Notes under the pieces: generated by a model | The model's input: only the letters and a program-made list of their open reading frames with translations | The model's database searches: none | Told to the model about the DNA's origin: nothing | Shown here: piece by piece, positions 36,959 to 48,204 of the stretch | Position numbering within the stretch: position 1 is the stretch's first letter | How the letters are laid out: each line of letters opens with the position of its first letter | Source: Octopus sinensis | Taxonomy: Eukaryota | Assembly (NCBI RefSeq): GCF_006345805.1 | Contig: NC_043006.1 | Coordinates: forward strand, 27,342,001 to 27,406,000 | Direction: 5' to 3' | Length of the DNA: 64,000 nt | Position numbers and translations under genes: made by a program

Positions 36959-39708
36959 TATAAACGAACTTAATGAGTGTGAATATCTTGTCTTGTACTT
37001 TCGGGGTACAAGAAAGCAATCACTCTCACTAGTCGTTGCTTTAATAATCCAGAATTCTACTAGTCAGAAACAACAAGACGCAGACGTAAAATATATATAA
37101 CTACTTTATTCTCTTTCTTGGTAACAATAACAATAAGTGTGTTATCTGATGTCCTTGGTTCTGGGCGCGCAAGGCTGAAAGTTAATTGATTGTAATATTT
37201 ACAATATTCAGCCGCAAAAACAGAACGGATTCAAGATGGCGTCGAACAAGGGAGACGATGTTGGTCTGCAACAATTTGGCTAAAGGCCTTTTGGTAAGGA
37301 CTGCTAGAATCTAATCCAGACGGAGAGAATATATGCGTGATCGCCGCCTTCAATCGCTGGGTCCCAAGTCGCCGCTTGCTGCTGCTAGTGGTCAAACGTT
37401 CTACGATCCCCCTGCCTTGGCCAGGGTCGTGCTTCCGGTGGTTCGCGCATGCGCGAGAGGGGCCTTCCTTTCTGTGCCTTGGTGAAGGCACCAACATGCG
37501 CGAAATACAAATGGACCGTGCGCGAGCGCGCGCCGTTGTAGGATCACTACAGGCTCCCCTCCAGTGCGTACGCACGAAAGGAAACTTATTGTAGTGACTG
37601 CAAAACTCAAGGTGGACACCAGATAACCAAATAGCACCCAATAATATAATGGCAAAATTTATAACATACACAAGAAATTTACTAAAGGAAAAAGAGAAAA
37701 AAATACTCAATGAGCAAAAATCAAGAGTGCATGCATGAAAGTGTATACGTCACAAAGTATAGAGCCTTCCGCTGTAGGGAGCGGAAGGAAAGCAAAACTC
37801 ACAGTCAATGAACCTAGGCGAAATTAAATCCAACTTCTCTAAAGGTGGTTGATCCTGCAAAATAGCAGTTAAATCAATTGCTGCAGGAGAGGAAATGGAA
37901 TTGACAGAAGCTCGCTAGTAACACAAAAGGCAAAAGTGCAAACATGCTGGTGTGAGGCGCGACACAGATAATTTTCTGTTAATTACGTGACCAACAGTGG
38001 TCTAACAGGGAAAAATAATTACGCCTAAACATGGCGCAGCGCATGTGAACATCCGACGTCTTATGAGTTGAGAAAAACTAAGCTAACGCAAACGTGTTGC
38101 AAAAAACAAGGCAAGTACATGTGCGGAGTAAGAGGCGCATGAAATGCAATAGTGCTTGCCAGACCGAAAAACAGCAAATGAATATGCCAGTGGTTAAGCG
38201 ATTATATGCTTCGTTCGTATAGGAACAAAAGTATGACATGCTGGCGCGTTATAATGGACAAACAACCCTCTCTATGTATACGTGACCGACCTAGGGTCTA
38301 TAGAAATGAGGGGTGTCCACAAAAGGCAAATTTAGTATGGAAAAGAAACAAGCGAGAAAAGCATGTGTGACGTATGTATGTGAGAGAGAGCATTTATGTG
38401 TGTGTACGTGTGTGCGACAGAAATACATACAAGGTGAATGCGAGCAAAATATAAAAACAGCGCATAGAAAAAAAAAATGTCTCTCAAGGCTATTCCAGAC
38501 AAGAGTTAATTTACCAGTCTGTAATAGCCTGAAGCACAATAGCAGTTCGTTCTGTAACAGAAATGTTGAAATCACAAAATGCAGATGCCGGTTGAACACA
38601 TATCGTGTAGCGGTTGTGGCTTCAATGCTGTGACAGGTTAACTGGAACAGAGAAATCTCGTAGAAAGTGCTGGGCTGTGAATTCTTGGTGTGCTAATGCA
38701 CAAACGGCAAGTGGACCAAACTTCCGCGAGTTGCTATGTACATCTTGGTGGAGGTTGACGGTGCTGAAAGGCGACGTTGGTGGTGGAAGGCGACTGTAGT
38801 GGACTTGGGACAACATCGTTCTTAGTGATGATGGCGACGAAGATAGCGACGACGTGAAGTAGACAGACGACGACGATGATGATGACGAAGGTGGAGAAAA
38901 GGCATCGAATATATGATGGCGTTCGTCATCATGGCTGTAGAATAAGAAAAAGGCTCCTTCTACAACTGTTTGTGGTGGCCGGAAACAAATCGTCGAAAGA
39001 TGAATGCGTAGAGTTAAATCGTGTTCCGACTTCACAGAAAAACTGGATTTTTTTGTTGTTGATAAGTGATCTCTGGTTTTAGACCAGAATCACGTCGGGA
39101 GGTCACCAGTGTAACGAACTTAGTGTGCGTGTGATGTGAATATCTTGTCTTGTACTTTCGGAGTACAAGAAAGCAATCACTCTCACTAGCCGTTGCTTTA
39201 ATAATCCAGAATTCTACTAGTCAGAAACAACAAGACGCAGACGTAAAATATATATAACTACTTTATTCTCTTTCTTGGTAACAATAACAATAAGTGTGTT
39301 ATCTGATGTCCTTGGTTCTGGGCGTGCAAGGCTGAAAGTTAATTGATTGTAATATTTACAATATTCAGCCGCAAAAACAGAACGGATTCAAGATGGCGTC
39401 GAACAAGGGAGACGATGTTGGTCTGCAACAATTTGGCTAAAGGCCTTTTGGTAAGGACTGCTAGAATCTAATCCAGACGGAGAGAATATATGCGTGATCG
39501 CCGCCTTCAATCGCTGGGTCCCAAGTCGCCGCTTGCTGCTGCTAGTGGTCAAACGTTCTACGATCCCCCTGCCTTGGCCAGGGTCGTGCTTCCGGTGGTT
39601 CGCGCATGCGCGAGAGGGGCCTTCCTTTCTGTGCCTTGGTGAAGGCACCAACACGCGCGAAATACAAATGGACCGTGCGCGAGCACGCGCCGTTGTAGGA
39701 TCACTACA
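36959..39708 (-). mobile_element. Young non-autonomous LTR retroelement (two ~595-bp LTRs, 1.56-kb non-coding interior)
   Basis: Direct repeats 36959..37551 and 39110..39708, TG...CA on -. 4-bp TSD TGTC (36955-58 / 39709-12). PBS complementary to the tRNA-Trp 3' end at 39088..39108. Polypurine tract ggaggggag next to the 3' LTR. About 5 substitutions between the LTR bodies. Confidence 0.9.
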
Positions 39709-39729
39709 TGTCCATCAACAGCTCATCAA

Positions 39730-40250
39730 CTGGCCCCCTCTCTAGACTGGCATCTGTTGCAGCTCCGTACCACTTTCTGAACACTTTCCTTGGTTACATT
39801 AGAGTCCACCTTCCTGGCCATGAACAGGGTCCTGTCTACACCCATATGGTTCATGCTGTGCAACCTCCTCAGCTCTGAGCCCTCCAGGCAACATGCTGCA
39901 GCCACCACACTCTGTACATCTTGTACCACCACCAACCAGGGATTTTCACCATGGTTAGTACATCTGCTTTATTCTTTTCTGAGGGCGCAAACACTCCCTG
40001 TAGTTTCAAGCCAAACTCAGTTTGGCTCTCTGAGGACTCGTAACTGCTGCTTCACTATCATTTCTGCGCCCTCTTTTGTGCAGATTCTCCTTTGATTGCT
40101 GATCACTGATGCCATCCACCCTCTTACTGAGGCCGAATCAGTTCCAATTTCCAATATGTGCAGCCCCCGTCTCAGCGCCAAGTTCACACCCTATTCGCTG
40201 TTGATCCGTGGTGAAATATTTCACAAACAGTGAACTGTTGGAACCTGGGT
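39730..40250 (-). mobile_element. Gypsy-type pol relic (RNase H to integrase zinc-binding domain)
   Basis: LEIGTDSASVRGWMASVISNQRRICTKEGAEMIVKQQLRVLRE and LHSMNHMGVDRTLFMARKVDSNVTKESVQKVVRSCNRCQS (HHCC motif). Confidence 0.75.
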
Positions 40251-41639
40251 GAATTGCTTGCTGAGCTGTGTATGTAGAGAGATGATGTTGACTAGGTTGA
40301 GGACATGATAGTGGCAATGAAGAAGGTTGCTGTAATGCTGTTGGACGAAGTTGTTAAGTCTCAACATGGCTGCTCTGTGGTGGTATTGTCTGGCATTATC
40401 ACTGGAACTGGCTGTGTCTTTGTGGTCAGTGGCTTAGACCTTAAAAGGTCTGGAACTAAAGATTCCGGAACAAGGAAAAGCTGAGTTTTATAAGGAGGTG
40501 TAAGCTCAAACAGTGTGGTAAACAGACTGTACCACATGATCCTATTTAGAGCCTCTGACTGGTTATACACGGTAAGTTGGCGCAATCAAGAAAGAGACAA
40601 ATTGTGCCAATACCAACCAATCAGAGTAGTGGGCCTTAGGATCAACACCACTAAAGCCAACCCTATTCTTATTCTTGCAGCTATGTTCTCAGAGCATCCA
40701 CAGTCACTACTAGCTTGTCCCCCTGGCATTTGATAAAGTCTATTTTCTGTACATTTTTAGTGTTTCTTGTACCCATGCACCTTCCACATAAAAAAATTAT
40801 TCTCCTAGTTAACCTTCCTCTGATATTGCTGCACCTCTTATGTGTCCATAGCCTGCGCTAGGTACATCTTATGGAATTTCTACATAAGCCTTTTCTACAA
40901 ATCAAACCATGCCATCTACCTAAAGGGATTCGTGATTTGTCTGATAATAACAACAATGATAACTTGCAGATAGAAATTCATAGGCTTTATTAATGCATCA
41001 AAACTTGTTTCTAAACCCCACACAATCATTAGATAACAATTTTTCATATTCATAAGATATTACGTATGATTACTCGTAATGATTATGAATCTAAAGTCTT
41101 TTTCTCTGCTCCTTTTCGATGTGGGTGCTTCTATATGTATCGCATTTATGTCTCAGCTAGCCAGATTTACTGAAAGTCCTAAACTAATCAGACTGATTAG
41201 CTGGTGGTCTGGTTAAATTTTCTTTTACCTTAGTGTCACCGGAGGCATAATTGAAGTGTTCCTAAGATATGTTAATACATTTGAAGACAGCTACAATTTG
41301 CATTCGACCCAGGTAAATTAAAACCATATCAGCCGGCAAAAGAAGTATTAAGTTTCAGTGAGAAAAATTCTACGTGGTCCATGGATTTGTTAGAAATAGC
41401 GGTCAAATCCTTCCTCAACTCACATTTTACTTTCTTAAAAGAACACATTCGACAAAATAGTCCTCGATTATAAAGAAAAAATGTGGTCGCAGTTGGAATG
41501 CTTTAATCATAGCTCTGCTCGTTGGATTAAACAAGCTATGGTACTCTATTATACAGATATATATTTCTAAATGAAACTGTGGATGAAAACATAAAATCAG
41601 CTTTATTTGCTGCAGTGTTCCTTGATACGAATCTGTGGC

Positions 41640-41773
41640 TAAAGGGGTTAGAGGCTCCATGATTGTTGATGTCGAATAAGATTGAAAAACCTTCGTTTTG
41701 CAACGAGATCGCTAATAGTTTGGTGAAAAGACACAACACACTGATTCACTGTTTATATCTGAAAACAGTAAGT
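41640..41773 (+). other. Non-coding first exon and donor of ZNF-D (AACA|GTAAGT at 41767/41768)
   Basis: cacactgattcactgtttatatctgaaaaca|gtaagttgacatagctttgttttaag, homologous to the ZNF-C exon 1/intron 1 junction. Confidence 0.65.
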
Positions 41774-42109
41774 TGACATAGCTTTGTTTTAAGACAGTAA
41801 TATTGTATGTAAGTAAAAGAATCATGTTTCACTTCGAGCAACATTTATTTAACGAAAAAAAAAAACACGATTTACAAAATTAGTAAAATATAGTGAAAAA
41901 GAAAATTAAGGCAATCTTTAAAATATGTATATTTATATTTTTTTTTATAAATATATTTATATTTAGATATTTATAAATAAATATAAACAAAATAAAGAGA
42001 CAGGCAGACCCCCTCAATTATTCATTGCACCAAGGGACACTGGGCATATGACTACAGTTTGGTGCCCTGTTCCCGACTTTATTTCTTAATTTAGTTAATG
42101 TTTACAGTT

Positions 42110-42340
42110 TGACCCGGGTCTTGTGAATTTTCCGAAGTCCTCTCCGAACCCCCTTGGAAAATCCTAATGTATGCTGTTTGAAAGGTATTTCTATAAAATT
42201 TCATTGAAAAAAACCCCCATATTCCTAAATGTTATGAGGGAAAAACTCTGATCTTGTGAATATTCCGAGGTCCTCTCCCCACCCTCCCGTTGCTTTGTGC
42301 GCATTTTTTTTTTCATATTCGTTTCCTACACATTACACCA
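42110..42340. mobile_element. Fragment of the same foldback family as 34071..36045
   Basis: tcttgtgaattttccgaagtcctctcc, taatgtatgctgtttgaaagg and ttttcatattcgttt blocks match 34690..34815. Confidence 0.75.
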
Positions 42341-42486
42341 TTGCACTATTTTTTCTGATTTTTGTTTCCGGGTTGTAATTTTAGAAACGTATATTACGAA
42401 AAAAAATTTAGGTAACTTAAAAGTATTTAATGGGAAAAAAATTATCGTGAGATTTAATGAAATATAAGAATGTGCAGAAAAACTGA

Positions 42487-42802
42487 CACTCGGTCGGCTA
42501 CAGCAAGTGTTCCTGTCGATCCGATCAACAGAACAGCCTACTCGTGAAATTAACGTGCAGGTAGCTGAGCACTCTACAGAAACTCGTACCCTCAACGTAG
42601 ATTTTAGGGAGATTGAACGTAACATTGAATGTGACCAGGCTGGCCCTTTGAAATACAGGTACTACTCATTATTGCCAGCTGACTAGACTGGAGTACCATG
42701 AAATAAAGCGCCTTGTTTAATGGCATAATGCACCGCCGGTAATTGAACTCACGACTTTATGGTTTTGAGCTGAATACCCTAACCACTACGACACGTGCCT
42801 TC
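42487..42802 (-). mobile_element. tRNA-derived SINE family D
   Basis: Minus-strand head gtgaaggcacgtgtcgtagtggttagggtattcagc...gtgagttcaattacc (A/B-box-like), followed by a non-tRNA body. Confidence 0.7.
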
Positions 42803-43278
42803 ACTTCTGTTATATTACATAAATTCGAAAATGTGCGACTGATACACATTAAGGCGAAAGCAAAGAATACGCATACCCGGTGTTTATGGTTAGGGTTGGG
42901 TCTGTTCCTGCTTCTGCTGCTGCTATTATTGGTACTGACATCCCGCTGCTGTGTTAGCCGTTAGGGGAGCTGCTGCTATTAGGGTCGGCCAGTACCGCAA
43001 TCCTTGAATATTTTTGAGATTGCCCTAAGCAGTAATTATATAGAATTGAAACATATAACACTGAAAAAAAATTTCTTCCTTGGATACAGTAATTATATGA
43101 TACTGAATATGCACAACATTACAGCTTGTAAGATACAAACACAAGCAATTTCAGTTGCATGTTGACTAGTACAGTGGCTAATGGATCTTAGAAAAAATTG
43201 TTTATGTTGTTTCTAATGTGTTATCTAAATCCTACCTTTTAAAAAACTTCAGTCTCTTATCAGGCAAATTAACATAAA

Positions 43279-43423
43279 GTTGTGTCTGGGAAGAGTCATT
43301 CTCTTTTAGTGCCTTATTATTTAACACTCTCTCCGGTAAAATTGGAAATTTCAGTGGAAATTTTACCGGTGAGTGTGTTAAATAATAAGGCACTAAAAGA
43401 AAATGACTCTCCCCAGACACAAC
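43279..43423. repeat. Near-perfect 145-bp hairpin (MITE-like)
   Basis: ~65-bp arms (gttgtgtctgggaagagtcattctcttttagtgccttattatttaacactctctccggtaaaatt and its reverse complement, few mismatches) with a ~15-nt loop. Confidence 0.85.
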
Positions 43424-44084
43424 AGAATATGCTTCAACACACGAACTCATATAAAGAATCTTGCATACCAAATCCAAAAACGAAACAACATAAAGTTCTT
43501 TAATATAATAAAACAGTATTATGAATATATCTAAATTTATTCACCAAATGAAAGATTTTTAAAACTTAGTTCTTACTATAAAAAGATTCTCTCTCTCTCT
43601 CTCAGATTTCTGATAAGTTGAAGGCAGTCCACGAGGCAAAGGAACAGCTGAAACATAAATCCCTTTTTGGGAATGTGGTACAGGTTAGGGCTGAACTCAA
43701 GCACAACAACCTGATTTGACATGACCAGTAAAAAGTAAAATGCAGGCAAGTAGAGTGGTGGCAGTTCAGAAACAGGTTGCTTGGATGAAGTGGAAGCAGA
43801 GGAGCAGTTCATCCAACAAATGTACATGGAGCATAGTGAAAAAATTTGTATGCCCTCTGTTTTCTAAGATAAGGGCCTTCAAATGCATCCTAAGCTGCTG
43901 CTCCAAGGCACTGAATGAAGGACACTGTCACTAGAGACATTGCTATGTCCTCAAGATTATTATTGAGGCATTCACAAGGGAATCTGTAATAGTAGAAATG
44001 TTCATACTACAGTTGTGAAAATTGACTTTGTTAATGAAGGAGGGCAGCTGAAGGAAAGACACAAGAATAGCTCTGATAGTTTGC

Positions 44085-44368
44085 TTTCCACAGCATTGCC
44101 AGCCTCGCCTGGCCCCCGTGCCGGTGGCACGTAAAAAGCACCATCCATCCGTGGCCGTTTGCCAGCCCCATCTGGCACCTGTGCCAGTGGCACGTAAAAA
44201 GCACCCACTACACTCACGGAGTGGTTGGCGTTAGGAAGAGCATCCAGCCGTAGAAACATTGCCAGATCAGACTGGACCTGGTGCAGCCTTCTGGCTTCCC
44301 AGACCCCAGTTGAACCGTCCAACCCATGCTAGCATGGAAAGCGGACGCTAAATGATGATGATGATGAT
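44085..44368 (+). mobile_element. RTE-type 3' UTR fragment with (GAT)n tail
   Basis: ggagtggttggcgttaggaagagcatccagc...gcatggaaagcggacgctaaatgatgatgatg. Confidence 0.8.
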
Positions 44369-44854
44369 CAGTCAATCCTCATAAAAATCATCTTCATTTC
44401 TGTGAGGACTGATCTTAATTTCTGAGGATGTCTCAAAAGTGGCAACCAAAAATTTCTGAAATAGCATCCTGTTGTAGAATGACTGAATACATCAACTAAT
44501 ATAATTCTCAATATACAATATCTAAAAGAACAGACTGGATGGCTGTTATGGAGATTTTTTTGATAATATGTGTAAGACAGACATATGGTTGAACATTAGC
44601 CATGTAATGAATAGTTACATTTTTGGAGAGAGAGAATGCTATCATTCATTATTCTGTAGTATATAATTGTAAGAACTCTGAAAGTACATGTAGTTTGTAA
44701 ATATACAATGCTACTCCAGCATGGCTGCTGCTGCATGGCTTATATGAATAAAAAAAATATAGCCTTCATATAAGCTTGTATGATGTAAAGTTCAGTCATT
44801 TGGTAAAGATTTGTTTCAAAAGGTTATCAATATAGAAATGTATTCAAATTGCCA

Positions 44855-45363
44855 CTATTGAATTTCTACTTTTTAAGTATCTTCCATATCTTATACTGTT
44901 TCTTTATTATTTCAGAATGCCAGATGAAGTTGACATAAAATAACATTTTACTGCAAGCACATAATATCTATTATCTTTTAATGACTAAAGAAAGACTTTA
45001 TACAGAACAGATTTAACCCTGATTATATAAATATATGGTTGAAATATTGTGAAATATTTTTTATGAGTAACATTAATGACATAATTTTTCTGCTTCTCTG
45101 TCTGGAATTGGTACATGATTCTAGGTTCTTAATTAAACTTGGGCAAATTCAAAATGAAGTTTCCTGCATATTCAAATCTCAGCAAACATAACTGTTGATG
45201 AAAATAGAACAGTAAAAATACTTGTTAAGAATAAAATATTAAAACAGAAAGTAGAAATACCTCTACATATTGTGGTGAGAGAAGAAAAATTATGGAAAAT
45301 GAATTATTTAAGAATCCGATTACATGGAAAACATAGTCTAAAAAGATTGGTTTATCAGATGAA
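44855..45363 (+). other. Splice acceptor (AG at 44914-44915) and 5' leader of the ZNF-D coding exon
   Basis: ttatactgtttctttattatttcag|aatgccagatg, near-identical to the ZNF-B acceptor. Confidence 0.7.
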
Positions 45364-46731
45364 ATGTTGAAAGAAATAGGAAAGTCTTCACATAGCTGTG
45401 AAATTTGTAAAATGTCATTCTCTAGAAAAAATAATTTAACGACTCACCAACATACTCATAGAGGAAAAAGACTTTATCAATGTGATATCTGTGGTAAATC
45501 ATTTTCTGTGAATAGTAACTTCACTAATCACAAATGCATTCATACAGGTGAGAAATTACACAGCTGTGATATCTGTGGTAAATCCTTATCTCGGAATCAC
45601 AGCTTAACTATACATAAACGCATTCATACAGGAGAGAAACCATATCACTGCAATATCTGTGGTAAATCATTCTCTGAAGGAAGTGCCTTAACTACACACA
45701 AACGCATTCATACTGGAGAAAAACCATATCCCTGTCATATCTGTGGTAAATCATTCTCACAGATATCTACCTTAACCAAGCACAAACGATTTCATACAGG
45801 AGAACAACCATACCACTGTGATATCTGTGGTAAATCATTCTCAGCAAGAAGTAACTTAACAACCCACAAACGTATTCATACAGGAGAGCAACCATATCAC
45901 TGTGATATCTGTGGTAAATCATTCTCTGTAAAAAGTCATTTAACTGCTCATAAATACATTCATACAGAAGAGAAACCATATCACTGTGATATCTGTGGTA
46001 AATCATTTTCCCAAAGTGGTAACTTAACTACTCACAGACGTATACATACAGGAGAGCAACCGTATCATTGTGATATCTGTGGCAAGTCATTCTCAGCAAG
46101 AAGTAATTTAACTACTCACAAACGCTTTCACACAGGAGAGAAGCCATATCATTGTGATATCTGTGGTAAATCATTTTCTGAAAATGGCGTCTTAAGTAAA
46201 CACAAACGCATTCACACAGGAGAAAAGTCATATCATTGCGATATCTGTGGTAAATCATTTTCACAAAAATCTAACTTAACTAAACACAACCGCTTACATA
46301 CAGGAGAGAAACCATATCACTGTGATATCTGTGGTAAATCATTTTCTGGAAGTGGTGACTTAACTACACACAAACACATTCATACAGGAGAGAAGCCATA
46401 TCACTGTGATATCTGTGGTAACTCATTCTCTCAAAAAAGTCACTTAACAATTCACAGACACATTCATACAGGGGAGAAGCCATATAACTGTGATATCTGT
46501 GGTAAATCATTCTCTTTAAGAAGTCACTTAACCACTCATGAACGTATTCATACAGGAGAGAAGCCATATAATTGTGATGTCTGTGGAAAATCCTTCTATG
46601 CAAGTAGTAGCTTAACTAAACATAAACGCATTCATACAGGAGAGAAACCATATAACTGTGATATCTGTGGTAAATCATTTTCTCAGAGAGGTAACTTAAC
46701 TACCCACAAACATATTCATACAGGTAAATAG
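45364..46731 (+). CDS. ZNF-D: C2H2 zinc-finger protein, 16 fingers
   Basis: 455-aa ORF: 10-aa leader plus 16 tandem fingers with TGEKP/TGEQP linkers. Confidence 0.94.
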   Translation: MLKEIGKSSHSCEICKMSFSRKNNLTTHQHTHRGKRLYQCDICGKSFSVNSNFTNHKCIHTGEKLHSCDICGKSLSRNHSLTIHKRIHTGEKPYHCNICGKSFSEGSALTTHKRIHTGEKPYPCHICGKSFSQISTLTKHKRFHTGEQPYHCDICGKSFSARSNLTTHKRIHTGEQPYHCDICGKSFSVKSHLTAHKYIHTEEKPYHCDICGKSFSQSGNLTTHRRIHTGEQPYHCDICGKSFSARSNLTTHKRFHTGEKPYHCDICGKSFSENGVLSKHKRIHTGEKSYHCDICGKSFSQKSNLTKHNRLHTGEKPYHCDICGKSFSGSGDLTTHKHIHTGEKPYHCDICGNSFSQKSHLTIHRHIHTGEKPYNCDICGKSFSLRSHLTTHERIHTGEKPYNCDVCGKSFYASSSLTKHKRIHTGEKPYNCDICGKSFSQRGNLTTHKHIHTGK

Positions 46732-46739
46732 TTTAACTA

Positions 46740-46840
46740 GACACGTATATCAGAACAAAAACCATACAACTGATATCTATATTAAATCCTTCTCTCAAAA
46801 AGTCACTTTACTAAACATGCATGTATTTATACTGGACATT
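46740..46840 (+). pseudogene. Decayed terminal finger after the ZNF-D stop
   Basis: aaaaaccatacaactgatatctatattaaatccttctctcaaaaagtcactttactaaacatgcatgtatttatactgga reads as KPYN(C)DI(CG)KSFSQKSH(L)TKHAC.YTG with indels. Confidence 0.65.
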
Positions 46841-47039
46841 AACTATATCAAATGTCATTGTACAAAAAAAAAACAAAATAATAATGTATTTGCACAGAAA
46901 ATAAGATAAAAGTGTGATAACAATCTTCCAACATCATATTTTATATTACCACAGATATATTTACATTGGTGATATAACAATCTTTCAATATACTTGTGTG
47001 TGTGTATGAGGTTCTTGGGAAGACCTGCCCATGTCAGTG

Positions 47040-47850
47040 AAACTGAGTTAGTTCTGGACGCACTGTGTTCCACCCACACATAACAAGAAAACTTTCACAC
47101 ATCCTACTCCAACAAACCAAGCTACATCTCTTTCATGCACTATGCTTATCTCTCATTCCCCAAACCTGTCCTCACAGCCCTGTTCACTGTATCATTGCTA
47201 TCCAGTAGCTCCTCTACCCCATCCGTATATACCCAGGTTCTCACCACTCACTGCATTCTCCTCCCCCACTTTCTGCTCACACTTCTTTGGCAACACTCTG
47301 CCACTTGTATTATAACCCCTGTACTTGATGGGTATACCCTGGCACTTCCCACCATCTATCTATCTTTTTCCTTTACTTGACCATCCCTTACAAGTATGCC
47401 CAGCATTTTGCCACCATCTCTCTCCTGCTTTCTCTTGCACTCTTGCTGTCTCTCACTCTTTCCTTCTGCTCTTCCCTCAGGCTGGGTAACCATGTATCTC
47501 CTTGACAACAGCACACCTGTTTCTGTCCTCATTCTTGATCTCTCTCTCTCTCACTCACCAGGTAACCACGTACCTCCTCTACAGCAAAACACCTGTTTCT
47601 ATCTCTGTCTTACCTTTCATCATCTGACACAAGATCACCTCCTCCAATGCCCCCTCCCCTCTCAAAGGATCTTTGTCTTGTGAGTTACTTGATGACCTTG
47701 CCAGTGCTGGTGCCACTTAAAAAGCATCCAATCCACAGTGTAAAGTGGTTGGCATTTGGAAGGGCATCCAGCTGTAAAACCCATGCCAGAACTGACTTTG
47801 CCTGTGCTTGTGCCATGAAAGCAGATGTTAAACAATGATGATGATGATGT
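47040..47850 (+). mobile_element. Pyrimidine-rich SINE/LINE-like element with RTE-type (GAT)n tail
   Basis: Ends gtggttggcatttggaagggcatccagctgt...atgaaagcagatgttaaacaatgatgatgatg. Body homologous to the inverted copy at 48205..48990. Confidence 0.6.
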
Positions 47851-48204
47851 TGATATATATGTAAGTATAAAAATAAACATTAACATTGGAAGCAGTATTA
47901 ACACTGGATGGCAATCTTTATATCCTACTTAAAATGGATGTATTATTAGAATACCAAATGCTGTGATATTTGTCTTGAGAGATCCTCTCATATAGATATA
48001 TGGTACTAAGAGCACAGATATCTCTAGCAGACAAGAACTGTCTGGCATGGTCACTAGAACTGCCAGATAATGTGATTTTGGTGTACTTCACTTCCTCAGT
48101 GGCAGCATACCAACCAAATCTATGAGAAACAGTTCTCATCTACTAGCAACATGTCTGTGCTCTTAGCACCATATGTCTATATTAGAGGATCTCTCAAGGT
48201 GAAA

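Noticed and set aside
37231-37710. ORFs within the LTRs (37231..37710, 39388..39654, 37337..37594) and interior ORF 38622..39035
   Set aside because: GC-rich chance ORFs duplicated because the LTR is duplicated. No recognisable gag/pol motifs in frame.
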